In this document: in pieces, positions 1-11,100 of the stretch
Numbering within the stretch: the first letter of the stretch is position 1
Layout: every line of letters begins with the position of its first letter
NCBI GenBank assembly: GCA_026387805.1
Contig: JAPLKY010000205.1
Coordinates: 1-35,901 of the forward strand
Reading direction: 5' to 3'
DNA from: Candidatus Krumholzibacteriia bacterium
GTDB taxonomy: Bacteria; Krumholzibacteriota; Krumholzibacteriia; Krumholzibacteriales; Krumholzibacteriaceae
DNA length: 35,901 nucleotides
Position numbers and translations under genes: made by a program
The notes under the pieces: model-generated
What the model was told of the DNA's origin: nothing
The model's database searches: none
Seen by the model: the letters and a program-made list of their open reading frames with translations, nothing else

Positions 1-13
1 GGCCGACGTTGTC

Positions 14-532
14 TTGGTCGGCAAACTGGACTCCATACCAATCCCCTATGAAGTACTGGGGAAGGACTTCTATGCAATTAAACCTGATAGTGTATTGAAC
101 GGTTTCGTTGGAGAAGGCAGCGTCCTGGTTATTGAATGGAACAAAGCGTCATGGGAAGGAAGTCCGGCGTTGGTGCAACCAAGTTTCTCCTACATGCTCT
201 TCCTAAGGAGAATAGACCTTCATTCAGAGGGCCTTCCCAAGGAGCTCACTGCTTATTGCCTAGTTAGGAATTGGAAAGGGATTATTTCCTTGAGCAAGAA
301 TGCTTCCGAGCGCCGTGCTGTTCGACACATACAGCGCAACTATGGGATCTGGGTGGATGATGTTGTGCAAGAGTTTGTTGAGGCCGTTAGATTCAGCGTC
401 AGTAATTATGCCAACGACGAAGATCTTAAAGAGGTGCAACTTTCTAAGGGAGCAACCAAGATATACAACGCGTTGAAGCTGAAGCAAAGGCAACAGGAAA
501 ACGCGGAAAAGGGGGAAAGCCCACATCCCTAG
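14..532 (+). CDS. hypothetical protein, possibly 5'-partial
   Basis: 172-aa ORF with a TTG start in the track. The frame has no stop between nt 2 and 14, so it may enter from upstream. Lower GC than the rest of the window; no motif recognised. Confidence 0.4.
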   Translation: MVGKLDSIPIPYEVLGKDFYAIKPDSVLNGFVGEGSVLVIEWNKASWEGSPALVQPSFSYMLFLRRIDLHSEGLPKELTAYCLVRNWKGIISLSKNASERRAVRHIQRNYGIWVDDVVQEFVEAVRFSVSNYANDEDLKEVQLSKGATKIYNALKLKQRQQENAEKGESPHP

Positions 533-643
533 TTAGTATTTCACTGGCGGACCCTACATGTGGCAGAGAATACGGGCAATGGCCGAGAAGTTGATCTGTC
601 TTTGAATCTCGACGATCGCGATAAGGTGGTGGGGTGAAAGAAA

Positions 644-3600
644 ATGAAGGTATTGAAGACTCTTCTAATGCTGGAATTGCTTATTGCCTTTGGAGGCAGT
701 CTTTGCGCCCAGGAGTCCGCTATTACGAGCGGAGCTAATTGGCTGGTTGCCAACCAGGATCCCTCCGGATTGTGGGGGGTTGCAAAGAAGACACCCTTCC
801 GTGATGCCACGATGGTTGTGAGTGTACTCGGCGCTCTCGAAGCAGACTCCGCGACCATTGATAATGGGCTAAGTGCGATCAATTTGATAATGACCCATTC
901 TACCGACTACCTTGCCCGAAAGATCATGGCAATTGCTTCATGCAGCGATGAAAACGTACCAGCAGGTTTAGTGGACAGCTTGGCAAACATGCAGAATGTC
1001 GATGGTGGGTGGGGATATCAGAAAGGCTACGGCAGCAATGTCCTCGAGACGGCTCTCGCCTTAAGAGCATTGAAGAACGCCTCGTATTCCAACATGACAA
1101 AGTTGGGAATAGGAGCGGACTATCTCATATCACAGCAGAATGCTGATTACGGATGGTCATTCGTCGGTGGAGATTCGAGCCGCGTATTCTACGCCGCTCA
1201 TGCAATTGTCGCTTTGGCAGCTCTCTCGGGAGATTTCAGCGTCGCCACTCAGATATCGAACGGCGTGAACTGGTTCAAGACGCAAGCACGTATGGACGGA
1301 GGATTCGGTACGGGCGGATCCAGTAATCCTTACGAGACCGGTTTGGCATTGACCGCCCTGATTAAGGGTGATCCATCGGCGACGCAGATAACGAATGCGA
1401 TGACTTATCTTGAGACTACACAGCTTCCCGACGGCAGCTGGAATACGGATGCTTACCATACGGCGACGGCGATATTCGGACTACTGCACGCCGGTCCGGA
1501 CCTTGCCATAAACGCATTAGAAATTGTTCTCTCCAATCCGACGCCTTCCGATTCTGAGTGGGTGGATATCTCGGCGAAAGTTCGCAACCGGGGCATCCTT
1601 GCTGCAAATCATATTCTTGTACAACTATTCGACGGCCATCCCGATCTTGGCGGGGTGCAGATCGGGGCTGATATTCTTGTCTCAACACTCGAACCGGGAG
1701 CCGACAGCACAGTCCAGGTTGAATGGTATACCTATGGTCTTGCGGGAGATCATGATATCTATGTGCGCGCGGATCCTCTCAATGAGATTCGCGAACCCGA
1801 GAAGCTCAATAACATGGCGAAGAAGTTTGTTCACGTTTATTTCCCTCCTGATTTGATCATTGATCAGGATGGCATTGCCTTTATTCCCCCCGAACCGGAT
1901 ACGCTTGATACGGTCACAATTCGGACGACGGTGAAGAACGCCGGCGAGCTTACCGCGACGAATGTCTCTCTCCAGGTCTGGGATGGAGATCCAAACACCG
2001 GCGGCATCCCTCTATTGCCGCCATACATTATCCCCTCTATTGGCGCCGGCTCGCAGTTTACGCTCAATCTCGACATGGGTAACTATTTCCATTCAGAGGG
2101 GCACTATTTGATTTGTGCTTGTGCCGACATCAATGGATCGATTAGAGAGGTAATGGAGTCCAACAATTGCCGGCGTGATACCCTCTGGGTAGGGTACCAG
2201 TGTCGATCGACAGCGCTCAATGTTCATCTTAATCTCCTCGGTGCGCCGCTTGAATCCAGAGAGAGCTCGACATCATATACGATGATTCCTCAGATTCCGA
2301 CGTGCAATGAAGTCGATGGCTGGGATCGGGGGAATCAGAGATGGATCAGTGCCGTTGATATCGGTGGCGGGATGATAGTCGGCGATGAGTTCCCGATAGC
2401 TCTCCGTGATGGGTTCTTTGCTCGAGTCAGTCAAGCGGGAGCCTCGGCGTTCTGCGGCACGGGCCTTACGGAGCACGGCTGCACAGCTCTGCAGCGTGGG
2501 CTCAACATGGTATCTGTTCCGAATGAGGATGCTTGTTATACGGGCTTCAGTCTGATTGATGCCATTGATGCGTGCGTGGAGGCGCATCGATGGGATGGAG
2601 GTCTGCAGGCGTGGTCTACGGCCGCGGAGATCGGTCCGGGGCTATTCATAGGGGAAGATTTTGCCGTGAGGCCGGGAAGTGGCTTTTTCGTGAAGGTGAA
2701 TACGGCGGGGGAATGGTGTACGCACACGTGCGATACGATTTCCGCGCTGCCCGATCTGCTGGTAACGCCCGCTGATATCTGGATTGATCCGAATCCTGTT
2801 GCTTCCGGGGCAACGGTGGGGATCTATGTGAACATAGATAACGTAGGATCGGAGACGGCGTATGCCCCGCGGTTGGATATCTATATGGGAAATCCGGATG
2901 CCGGTGGAGTTTCGATGATTGGAGGATCGCTTCCGGTGGATATTCCGCCCGGGGGATCGAGCGGCTTCTATGGGAGCACCTTCTCCTTCAGCGGTTCCGG
3001 TGTCGTGAATATATATGGCATAGCGGATCTCTACAATGCCATCGAGGAAACGGACGAGACCAACAATCGAGCCTACAAAACGCTTCAGATTACCCCCGTA
3101 GCGGTTGCTTCGAATGAGGGATCGATGGGCAGTTCCCAGACGGGTCCGTCGCTCTTATTGGATGGCGCGAGCGCGAAGCCTCTCGTGCTTAACCCGAGAC
3201 TGATCCCGCCGCCCGTGACAATCAGCCATGCCGCCCCGCCGTCGAAGAAGAAGGGAGCGGTAACCGGGATTTCCCAGGAAAAAGCAGAGGCCGTTGGGCA
3301 AGCGAAGCGGCTGGAGAATATCGTCATCGGGAATCACAGCGCTTCATCCGTGTCGATATGCTGGGTGACCGACGTTGCGACTGATGGAGTGGTGCATTAT
3401 GGCCCGACACCGGCGCTGGGACTGACGAAGAATGAAGAGAGAGGCGGTCGGGCGGTTCACATGGTGGTATTGGACAATCTCTCCGAGAATGCGCCGTATT
3501 ACTTTGAAATAGTCTCCGGCGGCATGACGGATGATAATCAAGGGAATTACTACACGTTCAAGACGACGAAAGCTCGGCCCGGCGTCCCTGCCACGGTCTT

Positions 3601-4207
3601 CGGTCGAGTGTTTGACGGGACTACGGATAAGGGGATCGGGGACGTATTGGTATCAGGCACGGTGCGGCATGACGGGATCAGCTCCTATCCTTTCACGGCG
3701 CTGACCAACGCCGAGGGGATCTGGATGCTGAATCTCGGCAATCTCAAGGAGCCGGGATCGAACGATGTTCTGCCCTATGCCGCGGGGGACGCCATGGAGG
3801 TGCACTTTGTGCGAGGGGTTGGATGCGCTGCCGATGCCGAGATAGCGATCTCCGGTGATAGCCCGCAGGATTTCGGCGTTCAGGAAATGAGCCCCACGGG
3901 TGTGGATGAGTCGGAAGGCGTTATACCCGCGGACTATTATCTGGCGGGCAACTATCCCAATCCGTTCAATCCCGTGACAACGATTAGATTTGGATTGCCG
4001 GCTGCCGGAGAGGTTGAGCTCTCGATCTATAATGTTCTTGGGCAGCGGATTCTCGTTCTCGCCAAGGGCCGCTACGAAGCGGGAAACCACGTGATGAGCT
4101 GGAACGGCCTCGATACGAATGGCCGGGCGGTTTCATCGGGCATCTATTTCTATCGCCTGAGGTCGGGAAAGTACGAACAAACAAGGAAGATGCTATTGCT
4201 GAAATAG
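644..4207 (+). CDS. giant secreted surface protein: alpha/alpha-toroid (prenyltransferase/squalene-cyclase-like QW repeats) + 3 CARDB-like + FN3-like + regulatory-like beta-sandwich + T9SS sorting domain
   Basis: Signal peptide MKVLKTLLMLELLIAFGGSLCAQE. QW-like repeats NQDPSGLWG, MQNVDGGWGY, QQNADYGWSF, ARMDGGFG, TQLPDGSWN. CARDB-like modules end in EPEKLNN, VMESNN, ETDETNN. C-terminus NYPNPFNPVTTIRF...GIYFYRL. Confidence 0.9.
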   Translation: MKVLKTLLMLELLIAFGGSLCAQESAITSGANWLVANQDPSGLWGVAKKTPFRDATMVVSVLGALEADSATIDNGLSAINLIMTHSTDYLARKIMAIASCSDENVPAGLVDSLANMQNVDGGWGYQKGYGSNVLETALALRALKNASYSNMTKLGIGADYLISQQNADYGWSFVGGDSSRVFYAAHAIVALAALSGDFSVATQISNGVNWFKTQARMDGGFGTGGSSNPYETGLALTALIKGDPSATQITNAMTYLETTQLPDGSWNTDAYHTATAIFGLLHAGPDLAINALEIVLSNPTPSDSEWVDISAKVRNRGILAANHILVQLFDGHPDLGGVQIGADILVSTLEPGADSTVQVEWYTYGLAGDHDIYVRADPLNEIREPEKLNNMAKKFVHVYFPPDLIIDQDGIAFIPPEPDTLDTVTIRTTVKNAGELTATNVSLQVWDGDPNTGGIPLLPPYIIPSIGAGSQFTLNLDMGNYFHSEGHYLICACADINGSIREVMESNNCRRDTLWVGYQCRSTALNVHLNLLGAPLESRESSTSYTMIPQIPTCNEVDGWDRGNQRWISAVDIGGGMIVGDEFPIALRDGFFARVSQAGASAFCGTGLTEHGCTALQRGLNMVSVPNEDACYTGFSLIDAIDACVEAHRWDGGLQAWSTAAEIGPGLFIGEDFAVRPGSGFFVKVNTAGEWCTHTCDTISALPDLLVTPADIWIDPNPVASGATVGIYVNIDNVGSETAYAPRLDIYMGNPDAGGVSMIGGSLPVDIPPGGSSGFYGSTFSFSGSGVVNIYGIADLYNAIEETDETNNRAYKTLQITPVAVASNEGSMGSSQTGPSLLLDGASAKPLVLNPRLIPPPVTISHAAPPSKKKGAVTGISQEKAEAVGQAKRLENIVIGNHSASSVSICWVTDVATDGVVHYGPTPALGLTKNEERGGRAVHMVVLDNLSENAPYYFEIVSGGMTDDNQGNYYTFKTTKARPGVPATVFGRVFDGTTDKGIGDVLVSGTVRHDGISSYPFTALTNAEGIWMLNLGNLKEPGSNDVLPYAAGDAMEVHFVRGVGCAADAEIAISGDSPQDFGVQEMSPTGVDESEGVIPADYYLAGNYPNPFNPVTTIRFGLPAAGEVELSIYNVLGQRILVLAKGRYEAGNHVMSWNGLDTNGRAVSSGIYFYRLRSGKYEQTRKMLLLK

Positions 4208-4310
4208 GTCGCGTGCTTGGACATCACCGGCTCGAAGGGGACAAATCGATCTCTGCAAATAGGGTTAAATCAGAAGCAATTCTCTGACTCCAGATGCGAG
4301 GGTGTTGCAT

Positions 4311-5933
4311 ATGAAGAAGGCTAATCGTGCGTCTATTGGGTGTATCGTCATCGCTCTTCTGGCTCTCGTTTTCTCTTCCGCGGCCCTTGGGCAGATATCC
4401 AATGTGCAGGTTTCAAACGTCACCAGCACATCTGCCACGATTGCTTGGACGACCGCGAGCAATGCGGATGGCTGCGTGCACTATGGTCTCACGACTGCCC
4501 TGGGCGGTTCGAGCTGCGATGCACGACCGAATGATGACGTCCACTACGCGGCGGTGACCGGGCTTTCGGCCGGCACCACGTACTATTTTGAAGTCGCTTC
4601 CGGAGGTTCAACGGATAATAACGGCGGCGTCTATTACTCTTTCCGAACGGCGGCGGTGGGGAGCGGGGTTCCATACGTGACTTACGGGTATGCGCGGCTT
4701 GCCGATGGCACGAGCCCGGCCGTGGGCGCCTTGGTTTCGATACGGGTCAGGTCAAGCGGCAACTATTCCGGATACTTATCGGGGCTGACAAACTCCAGCG
4801 GCGTTTGGACCCTGAATCTTGGGAATCTGAAGAACCCAACGACTGGTGCAGTCTTCGCATACAACCCCGGCGATACGATTTCCATAAATGCGCAGGGTGG
4901 AGGGGATGGGATCGCAACGCTCAAAGCTGTTGTGTCCGGAACGAGTCCCCAGGATTGCGGGACCTTGGTATTGGGAGGACTGGCGCCGGTGTGTTCGGTG
5001 ACGCCGGTATCGTTAGCGTTGGCCTATGGGGATGTGACGGTAGGACAGACGAAGGACCTGACGTTTACGATTGCGAATACTGGTGGCGGGACGCTGAGTG
5101 GGACGGTTCGGGAGGCGAGTGGGTCGTACAGTATTAGTGGGGACAGTACGTATAGTTTGGGAGCGGGCGGGAGCAAGGTATTTACGGTGCGGTTCAGTCC
5201 GGTGCTGCCTGCGGGGCCGAAGGGGTGCACGGTGGTGACGGGGTCGACGTGTGGGAATGTGAGCTGCACGGGAGTGGCGGTGGATCTACCGCCGGTGTGT
5301 GACCAACCGGGCCTGGTATTGGTCGGATATCATACGGTTTCATACAATTCTCCCCTCTGGACGGTTCAGGTAGAGGTGCGTAACGACGGTCCTGGCGCGG
5401 CGAGAAACGTGAGCGCAACCATGAACGAGGAACTGGCCTGGCTGACGATTCCGGATCCGAACGGGTCCTACGGGGATGTGCGGGCGAGCGAGAATTCGTG
5501 GGGTCTCGACACGTATACATTCGATCTCACTGCTTATCCGGGCGGGAGTTTCAATGTCTGGTTCGACGTCATGTACGAGGATGACTGCGGCTATCAGTAC
5601 AGGGTGAGGCTCGATCCGGAGTTCGACCACGATGCAGCGGAGACCGAACCCGCGTTGACATACGGGCTGGGGCAGAATTATCCGAATCCGTTCAATCCGA
5701 ATACGACGATCAGCTTCAAGCTCGTCGCGGCGGAACAGGTGAAGCTCAGCGTATACAACGTCTCAGGGAAGCTGGTGCGGACGCTGATCGACGGGACGAG
5801 GAGTGCCGGGCTCAACACGGTCAACTGGGATGGAAGGGACAACGGTGGTGTCTCGGTAGTGTCTGGCATCTATTTCTACAAGATGCAGGCCGGGGCATTC
5901 ACAGAGACGAAGAAAATGGTTCTCATGAGATAG
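4311..5933 (+). CDS. secreted FN3-like / beta-sandwich / CARDB-like protein with T9SS sorting domain
   Basis: ATG 4311 (GAGGGTG about 7 nt upstream) preferred over track GTG 4302. Signal peptide KKANRASIGCIVIALLALVFSSAALGQ. FN3-like VSNVTSTSATIAWTT...TTYYFEV and ASH/HYDIN-like VTVGQTKDLTFTIANTGGGTLSGTV. C-terminal module homologous to 10690-11322, ending NYPNPFNPNTTISF...GIYFYKM. Confidence 0.88.
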   Translation: MKKANRASIGCIVIALLALVFSSAALGQISNVQVSNVTSTSATIAWTTASNADGCVHYGLTTALGGSSCDARPNDDVHYAAVTGLSAGTTYYFEVASGGSTDNNGGVYYSFRTAAVGSGVPYVTYGYARLADGTSPAVGALVSIRVRSSGNYSGYLSGLTNSSGVWTLNLGNLKNPTTGAVFAYNPGDTISINAQGGGDGIATLKAVVSGTSPQDCGTLVLGGLAPVCSVTPVSLALAYGDVTVGQTKDLTFTIANTGGGTLSGTVREASGSYSISGDSTYSLGAGGSKVFTVRFSPVLPAGPKGCTVVTGSTCGNVSCTGVAVDLPPVCDQPGLVLVGYHTVSYNSPLWTVQVEVRNDGPGAARNVSATMNEELAWLTIPDPNGSYGDVRASENSWGLDTYTFDLTAYPGGSFNVWFDVMYEDDCGYQYRVRLDPEFDHDAAETEPALTYGLGQNYPNPFNPNTTISFKLVAAEQVKLSVYNVSGKLVRTLIDGTRSAGLNTVNWDGRDNGGVSVVSGIYFYKMQAGAFTETKKMVLMR

Positions 5934-6043
5934 CCCTGGTCTCTTTTGATTAGATCGGGTTCCTGGAAGCCCGGCTGTCGAGCCGGTGCATATCCCTTTT
6001 CCATGGTTCGAATAATTGATTCATCGTCAACGCCAATAAACAC

Positions 6044-6072
6044 TTGAAATCATTGATGAAATATGATACCAT
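6044..6072 (+). promoter_or_regulatory. sigma70-like promoter TTGAAA-N17-(TGa)TACCAT
   Basis: TTGAAA at 6044-6049, a 17-nt spacer, and extended -10 TGATACCAT ending at 6072. It sits in the AT-rich gap upstream of the 6144 gene. Confidence 0.35.
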
Positions 6073-6143
6073 GTTCCAAATAATTACTTAGGGGGATCTG
6101 AGGGGGTGATAGGTCGCGCAAGGCTAGAGCTATCTGTATCTTT

Positions 6144-6863
6144 ATGTCCAAATTAACAGGTCTTTTCGTCTTCATGCCGATCATCATTATTTTGGCGAGT
6201 GGGGTTCCGTCGCTTGCCCAAGCGCCGAACCAAGCCGCCGAAGAGAAACCCCCGATAAAAAAGCTAGCAGAGAACGTCTATCAAATCGGAAATATTATTG
6301 TTGATGGCAAGAAGAAGGAAATATCCTTCGGCGGCTGGGTCAATATGTCCGAGGGAATAGTCGAGCTCCTGGCGTGCGCGCCGGGAGGAAAGACGCACGA
6401 GAGCGTTCTTGTCTTCGACGTTGAGCCCTTTCATTTCCAAATAGCCCTTCTGCTCATGGGGCTGGAGTGCGGCGGCGGCCTGAAATACCAGGGGGATCCT
6501 GCCACGCCAAAGGGCGACCCCGTCGATATATTCGTCAAATGGACCGATCCGGGCAATAGCAAGACCGTGTCGGTGCGAGGCGAAGATCTCGTTTATGACA
6601 TTCCGAAGAAGCACGCCATGAAGCGCACCCATTGGATCTTTGCGGGATCGCGCGTTATCGATGGCGTATTCGCGGCTCAGGCCGAGAAATCTCTTGTGAC
6701 CACGTACCATGATCCGAACACGATCCTCGATAATCCGCTGCCGACGGGAGCCGACGATACGGTTTATGAGGCGAATCGCGCCGTCGTGCCTCCCGTGGGA
6801 ACGAAGGTCCTAGTAACGATCAAGCCTTACGAAAAGATAAGAGGTTCAAGAGAGCACCGTTAA
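6144..6863 (+). CDS. secreted hypothetical protein (possibly YdjY-domain-like)
   Basis: 239-aa ORF with signal peptide MSKLTGLFVFMPIIIILASGVPSLAQA and a weak RBS. The segment IVELLACAPGGKTHESVLVF resembles my recollection of YdjY-domain proteins; the family call is from memory only. Confidence 0.7.
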   Translation: MSKLTGLFVFMPIIIILASGVPSLAQAPNQAAEEKPPIKKLAENVYQIGNIIVDGKKKEISFGGWVNMSEGIVELLACAPGGKTHESVLVFDVEPFHFQIALLLMGLECGGGLKYQGDPATPKGDPVDIFVKWTDPGNSKTVSVRGEDLVYDIPKKHAMKRTHWIFAGSRVIDGVFAAQAEKSLVTTYHDPNTILDNPLPTGADDTVYEANRAVVPPVGTKVLVTIKPYEKIRGSREHR

Positions 6864-6902
6864 GCGGCTTTGTGGGGGCAATTCGAACTGGGGGACAATC
6901 GG

Positions 6903-8105
6903 ATGAAATGCTGCGCATCTTTGGTGGGGGCGATTCTTCTCTGTGCTTCTTGGGTTTCGTTTTCTTCCGCGGGCGAGGCGACGCAGGACAGCGTCGAGCT
7001 CTCGATCAGGAATGAAGGCCAGACTGCCATAGCGCAAGGGATCGATTGGCTGCTGAAACAGCAGATGCCGGACGGTTCCTGGGGCTCCTATCCGGCGGTG
7101 ACAGCGCTCGCGGTTTCCTCGATTCTGAAGGGTCCTTTCGGATACGATCGGAACAATTCCCTGCAAATCGCGAAGGGTCTCTCGTATATCATGAGCTGCG
7201 TGAAGCCCGATGGTTCGATCGCGATCGACAACATGCCCGGCTACAACACGTCCGTCTGTCTGATGGCCCTGGAGGACGCCGGCGATGAAACCTATCACGA
7301 GACGATTCTCAACGCGCGGAATTTTCTGATTCAGCTCCAGTTCGACGAGAGCGACGGGTATCAGCCCGATAGCTGCTTCTATGGCGGAATCGGCTACGGC
7401 CAGGACGGCCGGCCGGATCTGTCGAACATACAGTGGGCTCTGGAGGCCCTGAAGGCGTCGGAGGATCTTGCGAAGCATTCAGAATTCGACATGAAGCAGA
7501 GGGACGATGCGGCGCCGGCGAACAATCTGCCCACTGCGGGGGAATCGGGAAAAGGGCTCTTCTGGGATAAGGCGATTCTGTTCCTTGAAAGGTGTCAGAA
7601 TCTGAAAAGCGTGAACAAACAGGAATGGGCCGGCGCGGACGGCGGATTCGTCTACTATCCGGATTACAGCAAAGCAGGCGGCACGACGTCCTATGGAAGC
7701 ATGACCTACGCGGGGCTCAAGAGCTTCATCTATGCGGACATCGAAAAGGACGATCCGCGGGTCCAGGCGGCATTCGATTGGATACGAAAGAACTATACCG
7801 TGGATGAGAATCCGGAAATGGGGCTGCAAGGTCTGTATTACTACTACCATACAATGGCCAAGGCGCTCAATGTCTACGGAGACAGTGTAATCCAGGACGA
7901 TAAGGGGGCGATTCATAACTGGAGGGAAGATCTGATCGTAAAACTCTGCTCTCTCCAGAACGAGGAAGGGTATTGGGTAAATTCGAATGGTCGCTGGTGG
8001 GAGAACAACAAGGTGCTCGTGACTTCGTACTGCATTCTCGCGCTGGAAGAAACGCTCGGGCACGGCGGACATTCTGCCACGATGGAGCTGAAGGAGGGCA
8101 ATTGA
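6903..8105 (+). CDS. secreted prenyltransferase/squalene-oxidase-repeat (alpha/alpha toroid) protein, probably non-catalytic
   Basis: ATG 6903 with GGGGGA 7 nt upstream; the track start 6870 is less likely. Signal peptide MKCCASLVGAILLCASWVSFSSAGE. QW-like repeats KQQMPDGSWG, VKPDGSIAI, GADGGFVYY, LQNEEGYWV. No DxDD or DDxxD motif seen. Confidence 0.85.
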   Translation: MKCCASLVGAILLCASWVSFSSAGEATQDSVELSIRNEGQTAIAQGIDWLLKQQMPDGSWGSYPAVTALAVSSILKGPFGYDRNNSLQIAKGLSYIMSCVKPDGSIAIDNMPGYNTSVCLMALEDAGDETYHETILNARNFLIQLQFDESDGYQPDSCFYGGIGYGQDGRPDLSNIQWALEALKASEDLAKHSEFDMKQRDDAAPANNLPTAGESGKGLFWDKAILFLERCQNLKSVNKQEWAGADGGFVYYPDYSKAGGTTSYGSMTYAGLKSFIYADIEKDDPRVQAAFDWIRKNYTVDENPEMGLQGLYYYYHTMAKALNVYGDSVIQDDKGAIHNWREDLIVKLCSLQNEEGYWVNSNGRWWENNKVLVTSYCILALEETLGHGGHSATMELKEGN

Positions 8106-8106
8106 T

Positions 8107-11100
8107 ATGACTCGAAAGAGATTATTTGTAGTCATTGGGTTCGTTTGCCTGATGCTTGTCGGCATCGCAAGTTGGGCTCAAGACATATCTGAAAAGAAGG
8201 CGCTGGATCTTTATGACGAGTATACAATCGCCTTTCCTCCGCCTGTAGAGCCTTTGAACCCTGCTCCATTGATCAGCGAAATGGACAGGCCGGTTCTGCA
8301 AAGTCCTACGGGTGCGATTCTCGTTCGCACGATGCCGAGCAGCTTTGATCCTATTACCGGCTACCCGAAGCCGTATGCATGGCCGACAAGGAACTTCCCC
8401 ATTTGGGGAAATGTCGCGGGAGGGGTCGCTCCGTATACCTATGTATGGAATTTCGGCGACGGTTCGCCGAGTGTAAGCGGCGCTGCGGCAAATCCCAACT
8501 ACATCTATGCATACCACAGCTATAGCATCGTGGGAATATACTATGCGCAGCTCACGGTAACTGATGGAGACGGGGACACGAATTCTTCCGCCGTGCGCAT
8601 CGATGTCGCATTCGTCGATCAGGAGGTTCGCAAGAACGCGGCAATCGAGGACGGCCTTCGATATCTCTATTTGCACCAGGCTGCTAACGGCGCGTGGCAG
8701 GAGAGTTATTATGGTGCTTCTACAGCCACGGCCGTTGCTGCATTTGAGATTCATGGGCATTTTCCCATGAATGATCCCACGCAGGACATCTTTGCCGAAC
8801 GGGTTCAATTGGGTCTCAATTATCTCTTTTCAGCTCTCGTGACCCAGTCTATTGGCGTGCAGACGCATGGAAATCCCGATACCAACGGAAACGGCATCGG
8901 GATTCGTCCCAGCGGCAGTTATACAACGTATATTCATGGCCTCATGATGCTCGCAATAGCGAGCAGCAGAGATACCAATTCGATCACGACAACGGGGCCT
9001 GCCGGCGTTATCGGCAAGAAGTACAGGGATATTCTGGTCGATATGGCAGATCAGCTGGCATATTCTCAGGTCGAAACCGGGGGGCGTGGCGGTTGGAGAT
9101 ACGACATGAATAACGCCGACTATGGAAGCAGCGATAATTCCATTGTGCAATGGGCTTCCATTGGTCTTAAGGCGGCAGAAGCAAGCCCCTGGCTCATTCA
9201 TGCGCCCCAATTTGTGAAAGATGAACTGCTGCTCTGGATGAGTTCTTCGCAATGTGCGGATGGCGGTTTTGGTTACACGAGTTGTTCAGCGTATGGATCC
9301 AACGTGGGGCGCACCGGCTCGGGCATATACTCACTCTACTACCTCGGCGTTGACAAGAGCGATCCTCGGGTTACCGCTGCAATCAATTATCTCTGCTCTC
9401 GGTGGTTTGCAGGAGGTTACGGGGCGACCGCCGGCTCGGGCCAATTTCAATCAAACTTCTATGCCATGTATGCCGTAAAGAAAGCATTAGAAGACTATAT
9501 GATTCCTACAGTATGCAGCCCAAGCCGGAGCTGGAGAGACGATTATGAAAAGCATTTGATAAAAGATCTCACGAGTCCGAGCCCCTATAACGGTAATCAT
9601 CAAACTACGGATACCCCGAATGCAACAAATGATGGCGTCTGGCCATATTCCTACATCTATGGAGGAAACAATTACGGTAATACAATCTCCACTGGATTTG
9701 CTCTTCTCGTGCTTCTGCCGGGCGTAAGGCCGTGCGCGCCGGTACCGCAAATGACAATCAATCCACCTGAGGCATGTCCAAACACGGAAATCTGCTTTGA
9801 TGCGAGCGGCTCGCATCTTGATGGAGCGTGCACGAACGAAGAAATCGAACAGTGGCTATGGGATCTTGATGGCGATGGCACTTATGAAAGGAGCGGCCAG
9901 TTCGTCTGCAAGCCTGAAGGATACCCGCTTCCCAATGGCGAGACGCAGCACGATTACGAAGTGAAGCTCATGGTTATAGCTGGCGAGGCCGACAGCAACG
10001 TTACGTCGGGTACGGTCCATATCGGCTCCGAGGATCATCTGCCCATAGCCGTTTGCGGCGGTCCGTACACGGCGTGCGTGGGCGAGCCGATCTATTTGAA
10101 CGGCTGCCTCTCGTACGACCCCGATTCGGCATGTCTCGATGACGGCATCGTCGAGTACAGCTGGGATTTCGAACCCGATGGAGTCTGGGATCTTATAACA
10201 ACCGAATGCATACCGGACACGAGCCTCATCTACAATACTGAGGTCTATAAGTACATTCAACTTCGCGTGAGAGACAAGTTCGGATTGGTATCCGCTTCGA
10301 ACGGAGGGTTGGTTGAGGTATGGTCATCGCGCAAAGAGCTTTCGGTGACCGCTAATGATATTGTTTTCAATAACGTTGAGGGGTGCCCCTCCGTCGAGAT
10401 CTGCGCGACGATACACGCGGCGACGCAGGATCCATCGATCAGTGTTGAATCCGCGGTTGTGGATTTCTACTACGACGATCCGAGCGATCCCGCGAAACGG
10501 ATCGGGAGATTCAACACGCCGGTAATGCAAGACGGTGGGACGGTTGCATTCTGCGTAAATTGGGAGCCGCCCATCGAAGGGGATAGCATTTATGTGGTGG
10601 TCGATCCCAACCAACTCATCCGTGAGTGCGTCGAGACCGATAACATGGCGGTGAGGGTTTGGAATTGCCCGCCGGACACCTGTGTGGTGCAGCCGAATCT
10701 CTCTTTGATCGGCTATCGCACGGTGGACTATGCCGCCCCGCTGTGGAAGGTGCAGGTCGAGATACGCAACGCCGGCCCCGGGAAGGTTCAAAACGTGAAC
10801 GTGGTCATGAACGAGGAGATCGACTGGTTGACGATTCCGGATCCGAACTGCGGCTATAGCGAGATACTCGAAGGCGGTTTAAGCTGGGGCGACGATACGT
10901 ACACCTTCGATCTGACGAACCACCCGGGAGGGAGCTTCAACGTGTGGTTCGACGTGACGTATGAGGATTCCTGCCGCAATCAGTATCATGTGAGGCTCGA
11001 TCCCGAGTTCGATCCCACGAATACGGCGCAGACGGCGCCGGCGCTGTCCTTCAGGCTGGCGCAGAACTATCCGAACCCGTTCAATCCGAACACGACGATC

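Noticed and set aside
5971-5986. Hairpin CCGGCT-GTCG-AGCCGG after the 4311-5933 gene as a terminator
   Set aside because: The stem is only 6 bp, with no adjacent U-tract. That is too weak to call.
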